A stretch of 64,000 nucleotides of DNA from Eledone cirrhosa (lineage: Eukaryota): positions 41,230,001 to 41,294,000 of the forward strand of contig OZ024744.1 of the NCBI GenBank assembly GCA_964016885.1, in the 5' to 3' direction. This document shows, piece by piece, positions 23,992 through 34,181 of the stretch. Both the position numbers and the translations under genes were made by a program. The stretch's first letter is position 1. Every line of letters begins with the position of its first letter. The notes beneath the pieces were generated by a model. That model saw nothing but the letters and a program-made list of their open reading frames with translations. It had not been told where the DNA came from and searched no databases.

Positions 23992-24670
23992 AGAGAATTT
24001 CTAACGGAAAATTTTAAGTTCATTAGATAGCTGATCCTGGAGAGTGGAAATAGCTATCTGATGAACTTTACTTTTCCGTTAGAAATTCTCTGAATTTCTA
24101 ATCTTTTGTAAAGCGAAACCGCCGGTAATAGCATTATGAACAGGTAGATATTTAAATCATTTTTGATTTAAAAAAGAAATTCTTTAATATTTGTTTGTTC
24201 TGCTCATCTCAATTTTTATAGTTCTGGTATCTCAATTTAGCACCATTGAACAACAATTATATTATAGACACCCTATATATTTCTATGTGTACTTAGTACC
24301 CAGAGAGATATTTACCTTATTTTATATATTCTCCAATCTATGTAGAGAAAGAAATTCGTTGTTGCTTACTGCTATTTTTTTAGCACCAAAGCCAGCAGCG
24401 CGTCTGTAATATTCCCGCTTTCACTAGCGGCCAGTTCACGTGTGGGTCACTTTAACGGCCATAACTCATATGAGCTGGTAGTTGGCAATATATTTGCAGG
24501 CTGTAGGACTTGATCCGATAGAGTGGAAATAGCTATCTAATGAACTTTACTTTTCCGTCTGAATTTCTAATCTTTTGTAAAGCGAAACCGCCGGCATTAT
24601 GAACAGGGAGATATCTAAATCACTTTTTAATTTTTTTAAAGAATTGTTTAATATTTTTTGTTCTGCTCAT
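23992..24670 (+). mobile_element. Non-coding hammerhead-bearing element: 5' inverted piece + partial tandem (period ~479 bp)
   Basis: Direct repeats at 24032-24206 and 24511-24670; 23992-24032 is the reverse complement of part of the repeat. Confidence 0.75.
24053..24132 (+). ncRNA. Hammerhead ribozyme, canonical core
   Basis: GCTAT-CTGATGA-a-CTTTAC..TTAGAAATTC-tct-GAATTTCTAA..GTAAAG-c-GAAA-CCGCCGG-TA-ATAGC; a degenerate second copy (CTAATGA) lies at ~24532-24595. Confidence 0.82.
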
Positions 24671-24674
24671 ATCA

Positions 24675-24705
<31 letters not shown>

Positions 24706-25176
24706 CATTAGGAAAACCAGTCAGAAACACTCCTATATGAGCAAGACATGGTCTCCTGACCCAAATTGCCTCAAAATAAGATCCGTCTAACCCAGCTAAC
24801 GTGGACCATGGGCGTTAGTCGATGATGATGATGATGATAATATATATATAAATTTGAGTATGTGTTGGTTGGTTACTGGCACTTCAGTATGCAGCATAGA
24901 GCACTCAACCAAGTGCACAGGTGGGTCTGTTTACTCCGGGGTAATTTAATAAACAAGAAATGTAAGACAAGAGGTTAAAATTAACTTCGTTGATTCATAT
25001 TCACTGTAATATATATTTCAGTGATAACCATTATTCAACAGCTAGAACTTGAACAGAAAAAACAGAAAAGCATAATTGTGGAACAAATTTTCCTCCGTTA
25101 TTTCAGTATGAATGGACCTGTTATTTTTATCTAAAGACATCTTTTCCAATTCCAACCCGCCCGTCCACTCAATCTT

Positions 25177-25212
25177 TCTTCTGATGGAGGACTAGCGTCC
25201 GAAACGTTAAGA
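25177..25212 (+). ncRNA. Minimal hammerhead motif (core CUGAUGG)
   Basis: TCTT-CTGATGG-A-GGAC-tagc-GTCC-GAAA-CG-TT-AAGA. Confidence 0.65.
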
Positions 25213-25285
25213 CCCTCTTCCTGCTATTTCAAGCGTTAACCTAATATATTCCTTCCATATACCGTACCGATTGTGATGTTATTTC

Positions 25286-25361
<76 letters not shown>

Positions 25362-25362
<1 letters not shown>

Positions 25363-26392
25363 TAGCAGAGGTACCCGGCGTTGCTCGGGTATTAAATAGC
25401 AGTAGTGTATACCATTTATGTCAATACTTCAGTGCTACTTCGAAAACTATACTTTTATAAAATCATCGGCTTTTTCCAAAAGGGGGTTCCTGCCCTCAGG
25501 GGTCCCCTACTCACTATGTGCCAATTCTGGGAGTTCACATTCATCTGTAGAACAAACATAGCCCATGTGTCAAGTTTTGTGAAGATCGGTTGCGAACTCC
25601 TGAAGTTATGATGTTTTGTTGCATTGCACTGCAGTGCTTCAGTCGACTCCAAGGAAGTGGTTAAAAAGGGTTATCTGCCGGGAGGCCCTATAATCAATAT
25701 CTGGAAAAATAAAAGTGCCCATGACTATCCGGAGTACATAAGTAACCTATGTCTTAAGTTTGGTGAAAATACTGTAGAAATGCATAAGGTTTATACATTC
25801 GCGCGCTGCGTGTTTTTGTGTGTGTTTGTTTGTGGGTGTATATGTATTTGTGTGTGCGTATGTATGTGTATGTCTGTCGGGGCATACGTATGTACTGGCC
25901 TAAATCTTCACTATTTACTTTTACTATTTTTGTCATTTTTGTTTTCAATTTTATTTACATCATTCTTAAACTCCGGGGTTGGAAATCATTGTTATTTTAA
26001 ATAGAATATTAGTCTAACGACTCCATTTATTCCATAAACTTGGTCTTGTCTTTGCATGAAATTATTATTCTCGTTCCACATAACGATGTATTATTGCTTT
26101 TTTCCGTTCATTGTCAGGGAACGTCTTCACGAACCAAAATATCGTCTTCCTGTTTTCGTTCGGTTGCAACGTTTCTCGAAATATTAACTTCTGCGTTCAC
26201 AGATTACTCTCAGTTCAATTTGAATGGGAAATTCCTGTTTCATCGATTGTAGCTTGAAAGTCGACCCAACGCCTCCTCGGGTCATTCTGCATAACTGTGT
26301 ACATTTTCGCTGCATTCCACCAAGCCGTTTCGACGTTTATCCGACTACACCTACATATACAACGTCTGACCACTTTCAATTTATATAGTAGA
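25362..26392 (-). mobile_element. Non-autonomous Helitron
   Basis: Minus strand starts TC (TCTACTATATAAA) and ends with the GC hairpin ACCCGAGCAACGCCGGGT followed by CTAG. It sits between A and T with no TSD. Confidence 0.85.
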
Positions 26393-27147
26393 TATATGTA
26401 TATATATATATATTATAAACCTAATTAATATACACTTATTATTTACAAATTATTATAATTAATTTTTAAAAAATTAGTTAACCTATAATTAATATTCTAC
26501 TGCATAATCTTATTTCCCTTTTACAGCTATCTTTTCCTAAAATTTATACCAGTAAGTATACATATAAACTATTTTAATTTCCTATTATGAATCTAAATTC
26601 CTTGTAATCTATATAAGTTTGTTATTTCTCATTAATACATTTATCCCCCCCCCCCCCAAAAAAAAAACTTTTTTTCCTTCATTTTTAACAACATTCTTTA
26701 ATAACATCTAACTCTTATTTATCATATCTATATGAATTAATATAAATTTATACCTATAAATATACCTATCAATTAAATTAATTTAATTTCTTTTTATAGA
26801 TCTAAATTCCTTATGTTTTAAATAAGATTGATATTTTTCACTAACACATTTATCGTAAAATTTTATTCTCCTTAGATTTTAACATTAGCATTATTCTTTA
26901 ATAACATCAAATTTTCGTGTACCTTTCACCGGCTTGACCTATTTTCATCCCCAAAGTAATCTTTTCATTCAAAATACTCTTTCCATTCAAAACTGAAGTC
27001 TGCATTCCTCTACCCCTAAATTAAAGTTCCATTACTACTATTCTATCAACTTGAACACTTACTACTTTTCTATTGGTCAATTCAAAACCTGTTCCCAAAC
27101 AGACCTATTATATTAAATCTTTGTTGGTTTTTTTCAATAAACAAATA

Positions 27148-27283
27148 TCATTATTTCTGAAGACAGCATATATATGTGTAGGTATGTATATTCCCTCTGA
27201 TAGTTTGTAAAATGTTTACATAGATCTATATGATATACATGCCAACACACATATATATCCTAGAAACGATCGTAAAATGATGA
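27148..27283 (+). ncRNA. Hammerhead motif with ~100-nt stem II
   Basis: TCATTATTT-CTGAAGA-cagc-ATATATATGTGT...ACACATATATAT-ccta-GAAA-CGATCG-TA-AAATGATGA; a truncated homolog lies on the minus strand at 12061-12190. Confidence 0.7.
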
Positions 27284-27302
27284 ATTTTTTAATATAAGGA
27301 AC

Positions 27303-27992
27303 TGGAATAGAATGAAACGAAATTTCATTTCTCACTCTGAGTACGAACAAACGAACAAACCGAGCATTATAATAAATGTTCGTTAAACTGATACGTGCAT
27401 ATATATATAGGTGTGCTTGTATGTATATATATACATGCTACTGTACGTCTGTATACATATATGTATGTACGTATACATACATACTTACATTTAAGTAAGT
27501 GCCGTACTAAGAGTGAGAAATGAAATTTCGTTTCATTCTATTCCATTTATCGTTTTCGGTGCGCCTGGCCGACTGAACTCACGCGATATGCAAATTAGGC
27601 TGCTCAGCCGTTAATTTTCATAAGGAAAGTATATACTTTCGGACGTTCAACCATCTGGCAGAAAGGTATACGGTGCTGACGATAGCTAATAAGCTTGAAA
27701 CTAGTACATCGTTCCTGTGTCAGTGTTGAACAAAAAGGTGACGTGGTTGCCTAAACACTGTACGGCGTAATTCAGGCTGTTTGTTTGTTTACAAACGAAC
27801 AAACCGAGCATTATAATAAATGTTCGGTAAACTGATACGTGCATATATATATGTGTGCCTGTATGTATATATATACATGCTACTGTACGTCTGTATACAT
27901 ATATGTATGTACGTATACATACATACTTACATTTAAGTAAGTGCCGTACTAAGAGTGAGAAATGAAATTTCGTTTCATTCTATTCCATTTAT
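27303..27992 (+). mobile_element. Non-coding hammerhead-bearing element: 5' inverted piece + partial tandem (period ~444 bp)
   Basis: Direct repeats at 27347-27550 and 27791-27992; 27303-27345 is the reverse complement of the repeat 3' end. Confidence 0.8.
27671..27711 (+). ncRNA. Minimal hammerhead ribozyme, canonical core
   Basis: CGGTG-CTGACGA-t-AGCT-aata-AGCT-t-GAAA-CTAG-TA-CATCG. Confidence 0.82.
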
Positions 27993-28020
27993 ATATATAT
28001 ATATATATATATATTATTAT

Positions 28021-28096
<76 letters not shown>

Positions 28097-28100
<4 letters not shown>

Positions 28101-28266
28101 ATAATAATAAATGTGAAGACTAAAATCCAAAGAGGGCTCGATAAGGATAAATATATATCAAATATTTAAGAACCTTAGAGCAAATATTTATTAAAATAAC
28201 ACATTCAAGTTTAAGCAAAGAATCGCTGCTTTCACCCTTAACGGATATATATATATATGTATATAC

Positions 28267-28345
<79 letters not shown>

Positions 28346-28512
28346 ATAATAATAAATGTGAAGACTAAAATCCAAAGAGGGCTCGATAAGGATAAATATA
28401 TATCAAATATTTAAGAACCTTAGAGCAAATATTTATTAAAATAACAGATTCAAGTTTAAGCAAAGAATCGCTGCTTTCACCCTTAACGGATATATATATA
28501 TATATGTATATA

Positions 28513-28520
<8 letters not shown>
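28097..28520. repeat. Tandem duplication (~245-bp period including a (TA)n tract)
   Basis: gtaataataataaatgtgaagac...cccttaacgg occurs at ~28098 and ~28343, nearly identical. Confidence 0.9.
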
Positions 28521-28584
<64 letters not shown>

Positions 28585-28586
<2 letters not shown>

Positions 28587-29030
28587 TAGACCTGAAAAAT
28601 GCGCAAGCTCAAAAGAGTCACAGAATGTTATAATAAACCTTCAAAAGTGTGGGACTATAGTTGTTGCTAAAAAATATTGTAATCATTATCTATCGTACAC
28701 TCTGTGGCATCCTTTTATAAAAAAGAGACTCATAACAAACCCAAGACGACACGATAATTATTTAAGTGAATTTATAATATAGAATTCGGTTTAAGTGCAT
28801 TTCGTATTAATCATTACTAAACCTCTAATATGAGATATTGAACATTAGCTTAAATAATTATCGTGTCGTCTTGAGTTCGTTATGAGTTTCTTTTTTATAA
28901 AAGGATGCCACAGAATGTACGATAGATAATGATTACAATATTTTTTAGCAACAACTCTAGTCCCACACTTTTGAAGGTTTATTATAACATTCTGTGGCTC
29001 TTTTGAGCTTGCGCATTTTTCAGGTCTAGT
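28585..29030. repeat. Long inverted repeat (182-bp arms, 82-bp spacer)
   Basis: 28585-28766 is the reverse complement of 28849-29030 with few mismatches. Confidence 0.93.
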
Positions 29031-29327
29031 TTAATATTTTTTAAAGGCAACGCTTGTAATAACTCTAGTTAAACATGATATATATTAATAATACATTGTC
29101 GTTGTAATATAATTAGATTATATAATTGTTATTTTATAAATGATCTTATAAAGATTATTATAAGATGTATAAACATATTTTCAGACTTTCAATATAAACT
29201 ACTACAAAAAACAATCAATATTAAATAAATATATTTTACATAATAATTGTTATAGTTGAATTTATAAAAATGAAATATTACATACAAATAGTCTAACAAT
29301 AATAATAAAATAATCTAACATAATAAT

Positions 29328-29510
29328 TGTTTCTACTTTAGGCACAAGGCCAGCAATTACCCAGTGCATTACTGGTACTTTATTTTATCGACCCGTAAGG
29401 ATGAAAGACAAAGTCAACCTCCGCGGGATTTGAACTCAGATCGTAAACGGACGTAACTATGCTGGGAAGCATGGCGTCCGATCCTCTACCGATACAGCCA
29501 ATCCACCGCC
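29328..29510 (-). mobile_element. tRNA-derived SINE (Meta-domain-like)
   Basis: B box GAGTTCAAATCC, central ...TTTCATCCTTACGGGTCGATAAAAT motif; 19-bp TSD AATAATCTAACATAATAAT. Confidence 0.9.
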
Positions 29511-29824
29511 AATAATCTAACATAATAATAATAATAAATAATCTAACATAAAACGAACAATAATATGGACAAATATACAAGTAAATATGATACAATCAAT
29601 ATGATAAGCATGTTATAACGACCTGAAAAAAAATAGTTAATATAAATTTTAAAAAAATCATATATAAATTAACAATATAACTTACCAAAACGAGAAAATT
29701 ATTTTGATGATAAACGACGAAATAGAGGAGGAAGATTCGAAAGCGAAACGATAAATAAACGTGCAAACAAAATGGCGGATGCTTTTGAGCAACACTTACT
29801 CTTATTGGTTGATTAGCCAATAAT

Positions 29825-30009
29825 TGTTTCTACTTTAGGCACAAGGCCAGCAATTACCCAGTGCATTACTGGTACTTTATTTTATCGACCCCGTAAGGAT
29901 GAAAGGCAAAGTCAACCTCGGCGGGATTTGAACTCAGATCGTAAAGGGACGTAACTATGCAGGAAAGCATGGCGTCCGACCCTCCACTGATACTGCCAAT
30001 CCACCGCCC
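29825..30009 (-). mobile_element. tRNA-derived SINE (same family)
   Basis: Homologous to 29328-29510; 16-bp TSD TTGATTAGCCAATAAT. Confidence 0.92.
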
Positions 30010-30297
30010 TTGATTAGCCAATAATACGATGAAATTAACCAATAAGACGATACACTACAAAAGATGTTTGGCAGAGATCACAACGGCCAGGGAAACCCCT
30101 TGAATTGTTTATTCACAAGCTACGCATGTATGTCACAGACATGCAGATATATTCTCAGTTTATATTTCTCATAACATATTGCTTCCTATTTTATATAAGA
30201 TTTGATGCTGAATATTGTAAAAATCGATTTTCAGTTTCTAAATCCAACTGATCTGTAGTGTACATATTTTATAAATTTTATATTTTGTAATTTTTAT

Positions 30298-31439
30298 TAG
30301 CTGCAACAATTGGATTATCTACATATCTAAGGGAATCACGTGATTGGATGATCAAACTCGTTTTGAAATATGAAAGCATCAAAAGATCATACTCCATTAC
30401 AAAAGATACACAAAGATACAGTAATGAACTGCAAATTTCAGAAGTTCCATTTACTGCTGAAATAAAAAACACTGAAAAAGCAAAGCAGGTAAAAGTAACA
30501 GCAAAGAAAGAACTGCTACAGAAACTGGCTAAGAAATGGCAAGAAAGGCCTCTGTATGGAAAATACCCAGAAAGAGCTAACAATCCTGATGTTGACAAAA
30601 CTTTAACCCATCAGTGGATTGAAATCGGAGACTGAAGGACTGATTATATCAGCCAACAAAAAATTATCAAGCCATTATAATAAAAAATGGATGCAACCTA
30701 TTATGCCGTGTATGTAAAAAACAACCAGAGACCATTGATCATATAATTTCAATGTGCAGTCCTATAGCTCCAACCGAATACCTAAACAGGCACGACAGAG
30801 CTGCACAATACATACATTGGATAATGTGTAAGCATTTTGACCTGCTCCATCAAAAGAATTGGTGGGAGCATCAACCACCTCCCGTACTTGAAAAAGATCA
30901 CATCTCAATCTTGTGGAACTTTAGCATCCAAACAGACCGAAAAATAGATGCAAATAAACCTGATATAATACTGAAGGACTTTAAAAATAGGGTATGCCGG
31001 GTTAATTGATATGTCCGTTCCAATAGACAAGAATGTATCTATAAAAACATTTGAAAATTTGAGCAAATATAAAGACTTGGAGATAGAAATTGGAAAAATG
31101 TGGAAATTGAGAACTAAAACAATACCAGTGGTTGTAGGCGCTCTAGGAATGATACCTAAGGGGGCTAATGATTACTTATCCCAAATCTCACAGAAACCCG
31201 CGTGTTGAAGAAATACAAAAGATAGTACTAATGGGAACTGCCCATATACTAAGGAAGATTATGTCAATATAAGTACATCACAAGTCTAAACACCTAAAGA
31301 TGCATGTGCGTTTATGTATGTTCTCTCTTGAACATGGCGGACCTTGTTGTCTCTTGAGGTCACTGTTTGTGACTTGGTGATAATTCGTATGAACATGAAG
31401 CAAGATAAATGCAACTGTAATAATAATAATAATAATAAT
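30298..31439 (+). mobile_element. R4/Dong-type non-LTR element, 3' fragment (CCHC + restriction-like endonuclease)
   Basis: CRVC...ETIDHI..C, Y..RHD, WNF.IQTD, NKPDI, K..KY.DL, IPVVVGALG; ends in (TAA)n at 31417-31439. Confidence 0.85.
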
Positions 31440-33850
31440 GGTTTCCTTACTGGTCACAAGGGCTAACGTGAAGAAAAACATTATAGACGGCACGCAATGG
31501 TACAGGACTATACAAAGTGGGTTTTGGCCGTGTAAAAAGGTTATAACAAGACAGAAACTTGTAAAAACAAATTAAAATATTCAAACAACAAAAATTTCCC
31601 CCTCAAAAGTGGGAGGCTTCCGAGGGTCACTCGTGGCGAAAACCACACAAAAGACCACGGCTAGCCTGACCACCAGAGCAAGCGCCCTCTCTCAGTTTTC
31701 CCACTCCTCAGTCTACATACACATACTCAGAGTGGGCCCGTTCACTCGGATCAGACTGGCCACTCACCCACCTTTCAACAAACTTACTAGAAGACAGAGT
31801 TTGCTTCTCCACCCTGATTTTCCTCTTCAAGTGAAACTTGAAAAAGTTAATCAGGGATTGGCCGGAGAGGAAAATGTCCGTCTTCAACCCTTTCAACCTT
31901 GTCCACCACACAATCTATTTCACTATGGCCACCAGGCAGATGAACACTGCCTGCCCTTGCTCCTCTCTAAAAGAGGATGGCGGGGCTATCTGCACAATGG
32001 ACACAGTCGATAACCGCATCGTTCCTACACGCGACAGCAACTGTTCGACATAGCTCCACAAGTCAGCAATACTCGGGCACTGAATGAGTGCGTGCACAAT
32101 GGTTTCGTCGCCCTACGCGCATCTCGGACAGGCTCGGCTGAAATCACCTCCGTGTCTGTAGAGCTTATCCCGAACCGGCAACGCTCCCCGGTAGCACTGT
32201 TAGGCCAAGGATTTCTGGAAGCTGTCCATAAGCGCCGGGCTGAAAGTTTTCTTGAAGAGAGCGAACAGCTGATCGTCTTCGACGCCTAGGGGTCTCCCCG
32301 AGAACGTCGTCGCTCTTCCCCTCCACTAGCCCTCTATAGAACGCCGAGGCCTTCCTGGTTGCCGCTTTTCTTGTTGCTGGTAGCCGTGGAGCCGGTTTCG
32401 GAAGGAGGGGGGTTTTCTCCTTTCTCAGGGTCTTCTCGTTGCAGAAGGCCCTGAGGTGAGTCTTCGATCCACAGCGAAAGCATTTCGAGCGTTTGCCCTC
32501 AACACTTATGGGCAGTTGAGTGCCGTTATCGAAGTCTATCACATCCGGGATAGCTTCGATGCACTCCTGGTTGGTTTGGATTAACATCTCAATGGAGGTG
32601 CCGACCCAATCTTCTCTTACTTTTTTTCTGTACTTGCAGTACAGTTGTTTTGTCCTCGATTCCGACGAGGACAGACGCGGCCAGCCAAGAAGGGACCATC
32701 CCGGGGGAACGTGGGTCAGTTTGACCTTCACAATTTTTTGCCCGCAGTAGGAGGGCACCAACACCATTTCCTTGCTTCTTAGGGTCACTAAAGATTGATC
32801 CTTTGCCTCCTGGGGTGTGGCAAAAAGCACGTCTACGGTGGCATATTTCTTGCCTCGGGTGATGTGCGTTTTCCGCTGCCACACAGACCCTAAGGCTTTT
32901 TTGTATTTGAGCCTCTGTGGCTCTTTCAACCCTACGGGATTTTGTGCTTACTGTACGGTACGTGACCGTACAGTGGTGTTGGGTTTCGAAAAATGTTTCG
33001 GCTGCCTTGCAGATTACTCGGTGTCCGGTTTTCGTCACCATCTTCTTCGCTTCCTCTAATTCCTCATTTGTTATGAGGATGGTTTCCAGGTTCTTTGCGA
33101 TACCTGCAAACGAGATTGGTCTTTCTTTGCTGCTGTTGTTGTTGTTGTTGTCGTCAGAGCTGCTGCTACTTTTGTTGTTGCTGCAGGTACTGCGACTACT
33201 GCCGCCGCCGCTGTTGCTGTGGTTGTTGTTGTTGCTGATGCTGCTGCTGTTGTTGTTGCTGTTGCTGCTAATGCTGTTGTTGTTTATGCTGCTGCTGAAC
33301 TGTTGCGGCTGCTACTGTTGTTTCCCTTGTCACTATTGCTGCTGCTGCTGTTATTACGGCTGCTACTGCTATTATTCCTGACGACAGACGAATGAAATGG
33401 GTTTTCGTATTTCCCGCACACATTTTTCGTCGTTGTCGTCGTCGTCGTGAAAAAATGTTGCATGCTTTGCACGTGATTTTTCTTTAATGGCGTCGCTTGC
33501 GAAAGAGAAGGGAGGGAGAGAGACACATTTAGAGCAGGGAGGGAGAGAGACAATCTTCTCTCTGCTGTAGTGACGATTGAGGAAGAAGAAGACGGAATGA
33601 GTGGGAGTGACCTATGAAAATTCTTTTTCGTAGCCATGTTTTTTTTGTTTAAAATAAATATTGGGCACAAAACCCCAATAAGCGGTTATTTAACCCCGAA
33701 GGGCAAAATAACGGACAGAAAGACCCCTCTCACAAGGAGGAGGGTGTTTCTGTCTACAATTTGGTTAAAGTTTTAAACAATTTACAATTGTTATAGCGGT
33801 CAAAATTTACAATATCTTACAGAGCCGAGCCTCCGTTAACCATGGCATTC
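31440..33850 (-). mobile_element. Internally deleted Tx1-clade LINE
   Basis: Same 5' end as 33920-39947; ORF1 is joined to the ORF2 C-terminus at ~32350; flanked by (AAT)n on both sides. Confidence 0.9.

Positions 33851-33919
<69 letters not shown>
33851..33919. repeat. (AAT)n microsatellite between the two Tx1 copies
   Basis: Perfect trinucleotide run. Confidence 0.99.
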
Positions 33920-33921
<2 letters not shown>

Positions 33922-34181
33922 TTTCTTTATTAACCACAAGGGTTTACATAAAGTAGACATTAAGGACAGTGCAGGACAATGCAGAACGGTACAAATGGGC
34001 ATTTCTGCGTGTAAAAAAACAAAAACAGAGGATGTAACAAAAATAACAATGAAAATAACAATGAAAAATTCCCCAATAGGGGGGAGACTTCGGAGGGACA
34101 TTTGTGGAGAAAGCCCAGTGAAAAGCCACAATGACCCTGACCACCAAGGCAAGTGCCCTCTCCCAGTTTTCCACCTTTAGT

